This document shows positions 10,592 through 21,373 of a stretch of DNA of 64,000 bases, one piece after another. Within the stretch, counting starts at the first letter, position 1. Each line of letters begins with the position of its first letter. The position numbers and the translations under genes were made by a program. A model generated the notes under the pieces. That model was not told the DNA's origin. It searched no databases and was given only the letters and a program-made list of their open reading frames with translations. Source of the DNA: Candidatus Latescibacterota bacterium (lineage in GTDB: Bacteria; Latescibacterota; CBDEFO01); the NCBI GenBank assembly GCA_965248755.1, contig OZ252149.1:192001-256000 (forward strand), read 5' to 3'.

Positions 10592-11128
10592 AGGATTTCT
10601 TGAGGGAAATCGTCAGCAGTATTTGCCACAATTTCTTGGAACCAGAAATCACAGCTTTTCTCCAAATAGCAGACTAGCCCAGAACAGAGAAGGGACAATC
10701 TATCGCAACTGCTACAGACCGCGCACCCTAAAGACTCGTACGGGACGCTTAGATTTGAGTGTGCCCCAGGATCGACAGAGAAAATTCCACACACAGTAGT
10801 TTGCTCGATATCAACGCAATGATAAGGCGTTGGTATTCACCTCGCAGGGGTCATTTCTCCGATAGATTCTGTCGTGGACTGGGAAGATTCCATCATGACA
10901 TGGCTCGCCGCACCAATGTGACCGGCATCTTTCCCAACGAAAAGTACTGAGCTCGTCCGGCAGGAGCCATGCCAATCGAGTTTCCCAGGGAGTGAACCAA
11001 CAGTAGGTGATACCTGGATATGAGCCTTTGTGCAGGAGGCAGAACCTCCATAGGTGGTGATGACTACCGTGGCAGATGGAATGCCCCCCGTCGGATAGGC
11101 GATTCTACAGGAAAAAAGGACTTGACCG
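10592..11128 (+). mobile_element. IS256-family remnant with internal deletion
   Basis: Translates to RTLKTRTGRLDLSVPQDR..*FARYQRNDKALV and RRTNVTGIFPNE. Ends in CTACAGGAAAAAAGGACTTGACC, an IS256-like end. Confidence 0.7.
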
Positions 11129-11494
11129 CCAATAAGCCAGAAAAGTCAAAATTTTTGTTGATCCGAAAGAGAAACTGTGTTAAGATTAGGGTTGCCAAAT
11201 TTAAGCACGACAGCTTCCGTTGCTGTAAATTTGGTTTTTCCCAGAACTGATAAAAGTCCTTCGATCCACTGCGTGGCATCTTCTACACCATATTTAAGCC
11301 ATTCAGATATGGAAGAATGACTCCTTACCACAGAGTAGGGGTGTATAGGAGGCGTAAACCTGAACAATCTGGATCGTTCGACGCACCCACCCACCGAAGG
11401 CCAAGTATTAAGACAAGGAGGACTGGGTAGAGCACCTCATAGTGACCGCCGCAGTTGAACGGGGCTGATGCTGCATAGATGAGGGGAGAAACTC

Positions 11495-12490
11495 ATGGAA
11501 ACTATCGATTACCGGAACTTGGACCGCGATATCTGGGAAAAGGAATTGGAGAACTATGTACCCTCTGTAATCTACGACATGCACACCCACATCTGGTCCG
11601 AGGCACATAAAGGCGCATCGGAAGACCCTCCCACAGGTCAACGCTGGGAGGTAGATTACCAGGTCCATCTGGCGTGGGCGGCAAAACTATATCCCGATCG
11701 CGAGATGCATTACCTGATCCTGGGGTATCCGATACAGGGCATAGATAAAGGGGGTCACAACGCCTGGATGGCGGCCCAGATGGAGGCAGATCCTCAGTCG
11801 GCAGTAAACATGTTGGTCACCCCGGATATGAGTCCTGACTACGTCGCGGCTCAAGTAAAAAAGCACAACTTCCTTGGATTAAAGCCCTATCGTATCTTCG
11901 CCCCCGATCCGATCAATTGTCGGATTCAGGACTTCCTGCCTGAGTCCTTCATCGAGGTAGCGCACGACATGGGGCTGTCGATCACCATGCATCTTTCCAA
12001 GAAAACGGGGGCTGCTGATCCCGAAAACCTTAAGGATCTGCAGTACTACACGAAAGAGTACCCGAAGGCCCAGTGGATCCTGGCACACTGTGCCCGGTCC
12101 TTCAACGCCTTCATTATGGAGGAGTCGATCCACGTACTCAAGGACATGCCGAATATCTGGTACGACACTTCGGCGGTGAACGACATGTACTCGCACTATC
12201 TGCTGATGAAACATGAGGATAGAAAACGAGTGATGTTCGGCTCGGACAACATCCTAGCCGGGTGTGCTCGCGGCAAGTACATAACCTACGGCCGAGCCTG
12301 GGACTACTATGGAGGTTCTCCGGAAGTTTCTCACTGCGATCCCACACCGACGTTTGTGATTTACGAGCAGTTGCGCCAGGAACGGCAGGTAGCGGACATA
12401 TTAGGGTTGACTCAAGAGGAGATCGAGGATCACTTCTCACGGAACGCCGTGCGTTTTATCGAGGGGATGAGATCAAGTCGAAGCGGATGA
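11495..12490 (+). CDS. Amidohydrolase family protein (Amidohydro_2-like)
   Basis: DMHTH, GLKPY, WILAH, WYDTS and VMFGSD metal-hydrolase motifs. Confidence 0.88.
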   Translation: METIDYRNLDRDIWEKELENYVPSVIYDMHTHIWSEAHKGASEDPPTGQRWEVDYQVHLAWAAKLYPDREMHYLILGYPIQGIDKGGHNAWMAAQMEADPQSAVNMLVTPDMSPDYVAAQVKKHNFLGLKPYRIFAPDPINCRIQDFLPESFIEVAHDMGLSITMHLSKKTGAADPENLKDLQYYTKEYPKAQWILAHCARSFNAFIMEESIHVLKDMPNIWYDTSAVNDMYSHYLLMKHEDRKRVMFGSDNILAGCARGKYITYGRAWDYYGGSPEVSHCDPTPTFVIYEQLRQERQVADILGLTQEEIEDHFSRNAVRFIEGMRSSRSG

Positions 12491-12723
12491 GCCGAACTTC
12501 CTAGTTCTTGAGAGTGGTCTGCATCGCTATGGCTGCCTCATCGAGTAGCTGACTGACTTCACCGGGAGGCATTCCTATATCGAGCAGATGATCGGTGAGT
12601 CCTGTCGGATCATCTCATACAATAGCCGCAACAGTGATTACTATTTTAGTCTGGCATCCACGTGGATGTTGGTCATAGTCGAGAAGAAAGTAGAGCTATA
12701 ACGATTGACGAGGCGAGATAAAA

Positions 12724-14136
12724 ATGCCGGTAGATAAACTAAAAGAAACGTTTCAAATAGAACTTCAAGAATTAAGGAAAGAAGGAAGATTAAAACCTCC
12801 CGAACGTGTTATTGTAGGATATGCCTCACCAGGTGACGGTTTGGGTCCAAGATTTTTGTTGGAAGATGAGGAGGATAAGAGATTTCTAAGGTTGAACTCA
12901 AATAATTATCTTGGATTAGCCCAAGATCGGAGATTAATTGAGGCAGAAAGAGCGGCATCAGAAAGATTGGGCGTTAATCCTGGAGGGGTAAGATTTATTG
13001 ACGGTACAACAGTTTATCATAGAGATTTAGAATTAGACTTAGCAGATTTTCATGGAACAGAAGCAGCGAAGATCTTTAGTTGCGCATATATGGCAAATTT
13101 AGGAGTTGCACTAGCTTTAATGAATAGACAGACATATGTGATCAGTGATCAGCTTAATCATAATAGCATTGCCAGAGCAATAAGGATTGCCGGTGTACCC
13201 TCTGAGAATAAGGGTATCTACCTACACAACGATGTGGGGCAATTAAGAGAGGCTTTAGAAACTGGCCACGATCTGCTTAGCAGGGCAATGATAATGATTG
13301 ACCAAGTCTTCCATATGGGAAAGGATGAAAGTGCCTTACCAGATTTAGTAAATATCGCATTGGATATCGCTGGAGTTCCATCAGAGCAACACGGAATCTA
13401 TCAACATGGCAATATGAGAGGATTAGAAGAAAGATTAGAGACTATGCCTCCCGAAATAGAAAGAGTAATCATAATCTTTGACGGAGTCTTTAGTATGAGG
13501 GGCAATTACGCACCTTTGGCAGAGATAGTGGCTGCAGCAAAAGAATATAATGAGAGATTCAAGGATGGTGTGATAACGATTATGGATGATTCTCATGGTA
13601 CTGCAGCTTATGGAGAAACTGGAAGAGGGACTCCAGAAGTTACTCAAGAAAATGGTGTTGATATTATTACAAGCACATTAGGGAAAGCATTTGGAGCAGA
13701 AGGCGGCTATGTTGCTGGCTGTGAAGAAATAATCGAAATTGTCAGACAAAAAGCGGACACTTACATCTTCACAAACCCCATTTCACCCGGTCAAGCTAAT
13801 GCAGGAATTGCCGCTGTGAATATCATAAATAGTCAAGAAGGCAAGAGAATGCTTGCGCGATCAAGAGAAAACACCCAGAATTTTAGAGAAGGAATACAAA
13901 ATATAGGATTTGGTACTATTCCAGGGATTCATCCAATTATTCCTGTCCTAATAAGAGACACGGCCGAAGTTAAGAGAATAGTAAATGAACTTTATAAGAG
14001 AGGAATTCTGGTCACTGGTTTAGTTTCTCCTGTTGTGCCTGAAGGCGATGAAACAATAAGAGTCCAGATTTCAGCTGCACATACCAGAGAAGATTTAAAT
14101 TACGCTCTTGATGCATTTGAAGAGGTCAAAAGATAG
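12724..14136 (+). CDS. PLP-dependent alpha-oxoamine synthase, Kbl (glycine C-acetyltransferase)-like, with an internal 60-aa duplication
   Basis: SNNYLGL, SDQLNHNSI, DGVFSM, DDSHG and STLGKAFG motifs. Adjacent to a Tdh-like gene. Confidence 0.85.
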   Translation: MPVDKLKETFQIELQELRKEGRLKPPERVIVGYASPGDGLGPRFLLEDEEDKRFLRLNSNNYLGLAQDRRLIEAERAASERLGVNPGGVRFIDGTTVYHRDLELDLADFHGTEAAKIFSCAYMANLGVALALMNRQTYVISDQLNHNSIARAIRIAGVPSENKGIYLHNDVGQLREALETGHDLLSRAMIMIDQVFHMGKDESALPDLVNIALDIAGVPSEQHGIYQHGNMRGLEERLETMPPEIERVIIIFDGVFSMRGNYAPLAEIVAAAKEYNERFKDGVITIMDDSHGTAAYGETGRGTPEVTQENGVDIITSTLGKAFGAEGGYVAGCEEIIEIVRQKADTYIFTNPISPGQANAGIAAVNIINSQEGKRMLARSRENTQNFREGIQNIGFGTIPGIHPIIPVLIRDTAEVKRIVNELYKRGILVTGLVSPVVPEGDETIRVQISAAHTREDLNYALDAFEEVKR

Positions 14137-14148
14137 TGAAATGGAAAA

Positions 14149-15294
14149 ATGAAAGCATGGGTCTACGATAGAAACTTAGATGGGATTCCAATCGAAGGAA
14201 GTAGTGATAAGGTGTATCTAGTATTAAAGGATAAACCAATTCCAACTATTGAGGATCCAAATACTATTCTTGGGAGAGTTATAAGAACTTCAGAATGTGG
14301 TACTGACATCCCACTTGTTACAGGCAAATTCAAGCATGCCGAGAGCGGCATTACTCCAGGGCATGAAATGTGTATTGAAGTAGTAGATAGAGGAAAGAAG
14401 GTAAAAGGAAAAGATCCAGAAACCTTGTTGGCTGTTGAGTCGCACTATATTGTACAGGGTACTGAGGCGGAAGAAGAAGGCATAATTGGGTTATGGGGGC
14501 CCAAGACAAAGGATAATATCTATTCCAGACCAATGAACGGCTCTTTTGCAGAATACGTATTAGTTATGGACTACTGCACTTATGAGATTCCCAGACAACT
14601 TCTGGATCATTTTTGCCCATCGTTGTTGGAGGCTGGTGGAAATGATTACCTAATTGCAAAATACTTAAAGGAGAATAAGCTATTGGGGAAGGTAGCAATT
14701 GTTGGTTGCGGGCAGCACGGTTTATATACACAGATGTTTGCAAAATACATGGGATGTGAACTACTAGCTGCATTTGAGATCGATCCTAAGAGAATAGAAT
14801 TTACAGGAACTTTTGGGCAAGCTGACGTTATTCTCGATTCCAGAGATACTTATGTAGATCAACAAGTTCAAGAATATACTCAAGGACAGGGATTTGATTC
14901 TGTTGTTGATACTGCAGCTAAAAGTAGGAAAACCCTTAAGAGTTGTGTTGACATGTTAAAAGAAGAAGGAACTTTGATTTTGTTCGGACTTTATGATGAA
15001 GTTGATGTGCCCTTGCTTAGAGAGGAAACCACAGGGAAAAACCACGCAGTGAACGACATAATATTTGGGCAATTAGAATTCCGGACCAGATTAAATGAAA
15101 AGAACTTTTACGTTCGAGGCATCACAGGAAGAAAAGGTGTTTGGGAAGAATTGATTAGCCTGGTAACTAATAGAAAAGACATCAGAGCCAAGATGATGGA
15201 ACTGGTGCCACAGGTAAAAAGTTTGGATGAATTACTTCACGATTTGACTCATCCCTGTGAAAATATAAGAAAACTAGCTTATTTTGGTCATTAG
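14149..15294 (+). CDS. Zn-dependent (MDR) dehydrogenase, threonine 3-dehydrogenase-like
   Basis: CGTD, PGHE, GSFAEY, GCGQHG and GITGR motifs. Structural-Zn Cys cluster absent. Confidence 0.8.
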   Translation: MKAWVYDRNLDGIPIEGSSDKVYLVLKDKPIPTIEDPNTILGRVIRTSECGTDIPLVTGKFKHAESGITPGHEMCIEVVDRGKKVKGKDPETLLAVESHYIVQGTEAEEEGIIGLWGPKTKDNIYSRPMNGSFAEYVLVMDYCTYEIPRQLLDHFCPSLLEAGGNDYLIAKYLKENKLLGKVAIVGCGQHGLYTQMFAKYMGCELLAAFEIDPKRIEFTGTFGQADVILDSRDTYVDQQVQEYTQGQGFDSVVDTAAKSRKTLKSCVDMLKEEGTLILFGLYDEVDVPLLREETTGKNHAVNDIIFGQLEFRTRLNEKNFYVRGITGRKGVWEELISLVTNRKDIRAKMMELVPQVKSLDELLHDLTHPCENIRKLAYFGH

Positions 15295-15514
15295 AAGAGA
15301 AAAAGGGAAGGATCACCCCTCGAATCCTCTCCATAGTTCAGCCACCTTTCACGTTAGTGTTGTTGACAAACAAGCTCGTCTGGAAAGATAGAATATACGT
15401 CATTAATCCAGCCCACGGAGTAGATAAAACATGTTTTGTAAGTGGGCAAGATGAGCTACATTAACTGATCACCATTTACGCAGGGAGTTCTTCCACGGCA
15501 AGCTACACCTGAAG

Positions 15515-15700
15515 TTGATTGATGAACTGCCGAAAGACTATAAGATTCCGGAAGATAAAACGGGAGAACATGGTCTGTTGAAGGAGTTGACCCAAGCCAT
15601 CTTTGAGGGCGCTCTGGATTCCGAATTTACGTGTGAACTAGGCCACGAGAAGAATTCGTTCCAAGCGATAAATGGCCGTCATTCACGTAACAGAATTTTC
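15515..15700 (+). mobile_element. IS256-family transposase N-terminal remnant
   Basis: IDEL..Y..PED..GEHGLLKELT..I.E.AL..E....LG.EK......SRN pattern. Confidence 0.7.
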
Positions 15701-15838
15701 TGTGGGAGCTCGCTGCTGGAGCGTTTAGTTTGACATATAGGTCCTTCAGAATTGACAGTTAGACATTTTGATCCGAGTGGCTGGATGAACTGACGTTGAG
15801 ACGTACTCTGTCGATGGTATACAAACAGGAGGTCCACG

Positions 15839-16510
15839 ATGTTAAATATAGGGATGGTTCTGACCACCTTTACCGCGCTGCTTCCTATTGCAAATCCTTT
15901 CAGCACGGCACCAGTGTTCCTGGCCATTACGGATGGAGACTCGGAAGAAAAGCGAGCACAGCAGATCCGGATGGGCATTATTTACATGTTTGCCATTCTA
16001 GTCGTATTCCTGGTTGCCGGGACCATTATCCTTAACTTTTTTGGGATTTCGATTCCGGGACTCCGTATCGCCGGTGGAATCATGATTGTCCGTATTAGCA
16101 TCCAGATGCTCAACCCTTCGCGAGAGGACGAACAGACACCGGAAGAAGAAGCAGAGTCCAGACAGAAGAAAGATATATCTTTTACCCCTCTGGCCATGCC
16201 CAGCCTGAGCGGTCCGGGTGCGATAGCTGTCACCATCGGGCTCACGTCACAGGTCCAGCATTGGTTGGATTACGTTGCTATAATCTGCGGCATATTTGTC
16301 GTCTGCCTGTTCTGTTTCGTAGTGCTCCGTAGCGCCAGCAAGATCGTAGCCTTTATGGGCGCTAACGGCATGAATGCCATGACTAAAATCATGGGATTTC
16401 TTTTGTTATGCGTGGGAGTTCAGTTTGTGGTAAATGGAATCAAGGGGATCGTCATGGATCCTGAATTTCTGAAAGGGCTCGTGGAGGCGTACAACTCCTT
16501 GTCTTCGTGA
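15839..16510 (+). CDS. MarC family inner membrane protein
   Basis: IANPFSTAPVF, FGISIPGLRIAGG, PLAMPSLSGPGAI and KIMGFLLL motifs. Confidence 0.92.
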   Translation: MLNIGMVLTTFTALLPIANPFSTAPVFLAITDGDSEEKRAQQIRMGIIYMFAILVVFLVAGTIILNFFGISIPGLRIAGGIMIVRISIQMLNPSREDEQTPEEEAESRQKKDISFTPLAMPSLSGPGAIAVTIGLTSQVQHWLDYVAIICGIFVVCLFCFVVLRSASKIVAFMGANGMNAMTKIMGFLLLCVGVQFVVNGIKGIVMDPEFLKGLVEAYNSLSS

Positions 16511-16754
16511 CAGCGGCTTCCATTCACCCCGGGACGCCGAGCAAGTTGAGGAGTCAATAGAAGCTAAGTTCAAGGTGGTGACATTTGCGTCCGGACTTGC
16601 AAGCCGTAGCAGAACAACTGGATAATGTAGGGTAGATTGGATATCACACCGAAAAGACCTCCTCTTGTTTGAAAAAGTTTCAATTAGTCGGGTCTTACGA
16701 GCTGTCCAAAAGAATCATTAGCTTGAGGAGGCCCCAGACAGGGAGTTATAGAAC

Positions 16755-17265
16755 ATGTTCAAGATCATCGAAAGCTGTAGGCGCACCCAACCGCCGGCCT
16801 GGGCCGTGCTGGAGCGGCAATTGATAGAAACCATAGTTAAGGCGGCACCGATTTTCCTGGAGAAGTACACTCGGCCCGGCGGGACACTGATCTGGAGGAA
16901 GGACTACCCAGGAGACTGGATCTGGACAGATCATCTTTACGAGTCTTTTTTCAACTGGACACTATACACTCTCTGGGCGGAAGCCACTATACTGGCACCA
17001 TGGCCGTCCAGGAGTGGAATGCCTTCACCCGCCACATCCACCTTCACGACTTCCGCGACGGAGTAGACCATCACGCTCCGTTCGACGGTGACATTCAATG
17101 GTTGGAGATCTTCCAGTCGCTTTACGACATCAGCTATAAAGGACTCATCCAATTCGAACCGTCTCCCCCACCGCGCTCTGTGGATGCCCTCCCTGAGATC
17201 AAAGACGTGCCCAAAACAATCATGGAAATGCACGCGCAACAGGATGGATAATTGCTCCACTTCAA
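16755..17265 (+). pseudogene. Chimeric pseudogene: N-terminus of a conserved hypothetical protein fused to the 3' end of a sugar-phosphate isomerase paralog
   Basis: 16755-~17030 encodes PPAWAVLERQLI..YTRPGGTLIW with a frameshift. 17030-17265 is a diverged copy of 17917-18153. Confidence 0.7.
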
Positions 17266-17301
17266 ACCATACCGTAATATTAAGGAGGACACTTAAAAAA
17301 C

Positions 17302-18138
17302 TTGGCCTTCTACACTGAGAAAGAGATCAGGAATCGCCTGGCGGTGTCGACATATATTTTTCGCCGCAAAAGGCCTTTGGATCGAGAGACGTTGGGGGAG
17401 ATCAAAAAGAACGACATCGGGACTATTGAGATCGGCTTCCCCGAGGATCCCGATCACTTTGCACTGGACGATCCCAAGTCGATGAAGATAATCAAGGATA
17501 TATGCAATGATCTTGGACTCGCCGTCGGGACGTATCATTCCGGCAAAACCAACTTTGAGGTGGACAGCGAAGCCGAAAGGCGCAAAAGGGTGGATAATTG
17601 CAAAAGGCAGATTGGCACACTGCTGTGGATGGGCGGAAATATCTGGGGATGCCACGGGCGCGTCAAGACACCTGCCACCTGGAAAAGCTTCGAGGAACTC
17701 CTCCGACACTGCGAAGGAGAGGACGTGCACCTACTGGTCGAGAACTTCGGGCCGGGACAGACCATTGAGGACAACATAGAGTTTATCAACTCCATCGGTC
17801 ATCCTCAGCTTGGGATGATCATCGACATCGGGCACGTGCGCAATTCAGAAGGTAAAAACCCTATGACATTTTCTGGAGTCCCAACCGAAAAGTTCCATAA
17901 GGTCAGTTCCAGACTGCGCCATGTCCACCTTCACGACTTCTACGATGGGATAGATCACCGCGCCCCGTTCGACGGCAATATGCCGTGGCTGGAGATCTTC
18001 CAGGCGCTTTACGACATCGACTATAAGGGATTCATCCACTTTGAAGTGGCTCCCCCGCCGCGCTCTGTGGATGCCCTCCCCAAGATCAAAGAGGTGCCCA
18101 AAAAGATTATGGAACTACACGCGCAACAGGATGGATAA
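17302..18138 (+). CDS. Sugar phosphate isomerase/epimerase (AP endonuclease 2 TIM barrel)
   Basis: TTG start after AGGAGG. LLVEN, IDIGH, HVHLHD..DH and FEV metal ligands. Confidence 0.85.
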   Translation: MAFYTEKEIRNRLAVSTYIFRRKRPLDRETLGEIKKNDIGTIEIGFPEDPDHFALDDPKSMKIIKDICNDLGLAVGTYHSGKTNFEVDSEAERRKRVDNCKRQIGTLLWMGGNIWGCHGRVKTPATWKSFEELLRHCEGEDVHLLVENFGPGQTIEDNIEFINSIGHPQLGMIIDIGHVRNSEGKNPMTFSGVPTEKFHKVSSRLRHVHLHDFYDGIDHRAPFDGNMPWLEIFQALYDIDYKGFIHFEVAPPPRSVDALPKIKEVPKKIMELHAQQDG

Positions 18139-18198
18139 TTGCTCCACTTTAAAGAGGAGCTAAAGTCATCAATCTACTCACTGAAAAGGGTGTTTCAA

Positions 18199-18306
18199 AT
18201 GCGTTACGTAAATGTCAAGATGTTAGGGGGACGCACAGATGAACAGAAGAAAAGGCTTGTGGAGGCTATAACAAAGGATTTGGTGGAAATATGCAACATT
18301 AAGTAG
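18199..18306 (+). pseudogene. 4-oxalocrotonate tautomerase family fragment
   Basis: MRYVNVKMLGGRTDEQKKRLVEAITKDLVEICNIK*. Truncated, and the catalytic Pro-1 is replaced by Arg. Confidence 0.7.
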
Positions 18307-18910
18307 TTTGATAAAACTTGCTGGCTTTATGAAGTCAGTAGATAGGTGAAATTGCTTCTTCCTCTAAGCTGTCTACTATCTTGGATCCTATAATCTTGTC
18401 CAGACTATTTTCACGCGAAGCTTAGAATGAGATCAAGTGGTTCTTGATCGAGAAAGGAAGGGACCATTTCAAACGTGGCCGGCAGCCGGCTGGCTTCGTT
18501 CTATGCGGGAATGATGATGCTCAGAAATGGTGTGTTTTCGACCTGTGATGACTGAGTTTGAATCACAAGATCAGTTTCTTGTACGAATGGCTTCATTATC
18601 TTACTCTCACCCGTGTCTTGGGTCAACTCTTCGACCATGATTGGCTTGACAATACGCCATTGATCTTGTATAATGGAGCCATGTGTGCTGAATGGCGAGA
18701 TTTCCTCGTTATCCATTGCGGGATTCCCATTTCCAACTTGACGAAAGATATTTACATGAAACCGAGATTCGAAGTACAAAGTCGCTTTCGGAAATATGGA
18801 GCGCCGGCCGTGCGAGCGGCTGTCTTGCGTGATTCGTAATTCGTGACTGACGTACAAAGTCACGCGTCTCGTTTCACGTCTTCAGTCCACCACCACGCGG
18901 AGGTGTAGCG

Positions 18911-19774
18911 ATGCGACTTGGCATAGTCGGCTTCTTTCCCAATGATTTAGACGCTATTGATGATCGTGCGGCCGCGAGAATTACCAGTTTAGGCTTTAGC
19001 GGTATTGGTATCCATCTGGCGACTGATCGAGAGCCCTTCTCTCCCGCCGCATTTCAAAATGCACGATCTGTATTTGCTAATCACGGTATACGGGTCGTGC
19101 AAGCCTGGACAGTGCCACAGGTCATTGTTTCCCCTGGTGGCTCAAATCGTGATGAGGCCGTTCGGCAGTTGCAGAATACAGTCAAATTCGCGGCCGATCT
19201 TGGTGCAGACATGGCCGGCATTAGACCCGGAAGCATGAACCCGGCTGGCGCCTGGACACCACATCCTGCAAATCATTCACCTGAAGTAGAGGATGCCATT
19301 GTTGACATTCTGCGACAAGCTGTTTCTGCTTGCGAGGTTCATGGCATTCCGTTTGCTTTCGAAACCCACGTCATCAGTCCTCTAGATAGTCCGGAGCGGA
19401 TCAAGAGAATCATCGAACGCACCGAGTCTCCGTGGGTTAAGTTGAGTCTAGATCCAGTTAATTTTGTGAGTGATGTTCAGAAGCTCTATGATACAACGTC
19501 TCTGTTGAACCATTTGTTTGATACACTTGGCCCTTATATTATTGCTGCACATATCAATGATGTCTATGTTGAGGATCGATTGACTGTTCATATCAGCGGA
19601 ACGGTGCCAGGCGATGGATTGTTGGACTTTGGCACATTTTTTCGACGATTTGAGGCCCTGTTGCCTGGTGGCTTCGGATTGATCGAACATTTGCCCGCGA
19701 GTTTAGTCCCACAAGCATCTGCATTCGTAAAGAGTAAGCTAGCTGAGTTAAATATAGTGATTCGATCTGGCTAA
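18911..19774 (+). CDS. Sugar phosphate isomerase/epimerase family protein
   Basis: FETH, LDPVN, AHINDV, PGDGLLD and LIEH motifs. GGAGGTG RBS. Confidence 0.85.
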   Translation: MRLGIVGFFPNDLDAIDDRAAARITSLGFSGIGIHLATDREPFSPAAFQNARSVFANHGIRVVQAWTVPQVIVSPGGSNRDEAVRQLQNTVKFAADLGADMAGIRPGSMNPAGAWTPHPANHSPEVEDAIVDILRQAVSACEVHGIPFAFETHVISPLDSPERIKRIIERTESPWVKLSLDPVNFVSDVQKLYDTTSLLNHLFDTLGPYIIAAHINDVYVEDRLTVHISGTVPGDGLLDFGTFFRRFEALLPGGFGLIEHLPASLVPQASAFVKSKLAELNIVIRSG

Positions 19775-19873
19775 TATTGTGTAGGCTCTTGGGGATTTCA
19801 GGGGATCAACACGCAACGCGGCTTGTCGATCCCAGGATTTCCGTAGGGCCCTTACCGATGGAGGTTTTGTGTA

Positions 19874-20623
19874 ATGATTGATTTAGCCGAAAAAGTGATT
19901 GTTGTGACTGGCGGCGGCCGGGGCATTGGGGGGGCGGCGGCCAGACTATGTGCGATGCAAGGCGCCCACGTTATGATGGCCGATATCGAGAAAGATGAGG
20001 GTGAAGCAGCTGCCGCAGAGATCCGAGAGGCGGGAGGAGATGCCCGATTCTTACGCACCGATGTGCGACATGAGGACGAAGTTGGGAATCTGATGGACCA
20101 CGTGCAAGTAAAACATGGTAAGATGGATGCGTTAGTGTGTGCCGCCGGTGTGTGCCGCGGGGCGTATCTGCAGCCAGAAGAAGTGCCTATTGACGTTTTC
20201 GAGGATGTGATCGATGTGAACGTTAAAGGCAGCTTTCTGTGTGCCAAGTATGCGGCGCCTCTTTTGGAAGCAAGTCAGCGTGGTGTTGTGGTGCTGATCG
20301 CATCCGGCGCCGGCGTCAGAGGTCCGAGTTCATCAATTGCGTATGCTACGAGCAAAGGCGGTGTCAACGGTCTTGGCATAACGCTAGCCAAGTATCTTGA
20401 ACCACGAAACATTCGCGTAAACGTGCTGTGCCCAGGTTCGATTGAAACGGTGATGAAGCTAGAAAACATCGCGGAGGCGGCTGAGCGCCAAGGTCGATCC
20501 CCTGAGCAAGCTGTCGAACAAGCGAAGAAGGAGCTCGGGTCACCAGATGGTGTCGGACGCGTTATTGCCTTCCTGGTGTCGGATGCTGCGGACTACGTGC
20601 GAGGCACACTTTTCACGCGCTGA
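19874..20623 (+). CDS. SDR family oxidoreductase
   Basis: TGGGRGIG, YATSK and IRVNVLCPG motifs. Confidence 0.93.
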   Translation: MIDLAEKVIVVTGGGRGIGGAAARLCAMQGAHVMMADIEKDEGEAAAAEIREAGGDARFLRTDVRHEDEVGNLMDHVQVKHGKMDALVCAAGVCRGAYLQPEEVPIDVFEDVIDVNVKGSFLCAKYAAPLLEASQRGVVVLIASGAGVRGPSSSIAYATSKGGVNGLGITLAKYLEPRNIRVNVLCPGSIETVMKLENIAEAAERQGRSPEQAVEQAKKELGSPDGVGRVIAFLVSDAADYVRGTLFTR

Positions 20624-20904
20624 CGTTGGCTGTGTGACGCATTCAAATCCGCAGATTACGCAGAAAAACTAATATGAAATCTGCGAGTGATCAGGTGTTT
20701 GTTATGTTGTACGATTGCATGGGTGAATGTGTTCGGCTAATTGAAGCGCGTAAACTCAGGCTTTCAAAGCGTTCTTGATACGCGCCTATTGTTCGAATTC
20801 GGGACGATTCTTGCAGAGGTCATCCAGGGGACAGCAGCCGGATACCATCTTAGTCCTCTTAGTCCTCGATGCCGGTGACCCCACCATCGGAGATGCCCCA
20901 TTAA

Positions 20905-21182
20905 CCGATAATAAAACGAATGGCGAAGAGGGACGGTATCACGCTCATGAAACGATCATACAGAGAGTTGTGAAAGAGGCCGTCCGTATAACTGATATCA
21001 CAAAACATATCTCGTCGCACACCTTTCGACATTCTTTTGCGACTCATTTGCTGGCAGATGGTTATGATATTCGCACAGTTCAGGAATTACTCTGGCAAAA
21101 GGATGTCAAAACGACAATGATTTATACTCAAGTTCTAAACTGTTGTGGAAAGAGAGTGATAAGTCCTGCTGACAAGTTGTAG
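20905..21182 (+). pseudogene. intI: Integron integrase (IntI) C-terminal fragment
   Basis: RYHAHETIIQRVVKEAV..HTFRHSFATHLL..GYDIRTVQELL.QKDVKTTMIYT.VLN...VISPAD matches the IntI C-terminus. LGH is mutated to LWQ and the N-terminal two-thirds is missing. Confidence 0.85.
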
Positions 21183-21371
21183 GGAATGATATTGAATTGG
21201 GGTTTTATACAGTCTGTATATGATTCCTACAAACTTATGATAATTATAACTTAACAGAATGATATTTCTAATATTACAGGTTTTTTCTTAATATTTCAAT
21301 GGGGTCTTATATAGCTCAAATGGCTGTATATAAGTTCTTAGCATAGAAAGCTGTATAAGCCCTAGTTAGGC
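21183..21371 (+). other. Putative attI region ending in core site GTTAGGC (21365-21371)
   Basis: AT-rich spacer downstream of intI ending in a GTTRRRY core just before an ATG. Confidence 0.6.
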
Positions 21372-21373
21372 AA

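Noticed and set aside
18558..18839. 93-aa ORF, and similar orphan ORFs at 11146-11394, 31800-32143, 41190-41450 and 53000-53490
   Set aside because: Probably gene debris, but no family could be recognised from the sequence alone.
20640..20700. Short CGCAGATTA/AATCTGCG-type repeats (similar at ~25320)
   Set aside because: Only one or two degenerate units each, too weak to define an element.
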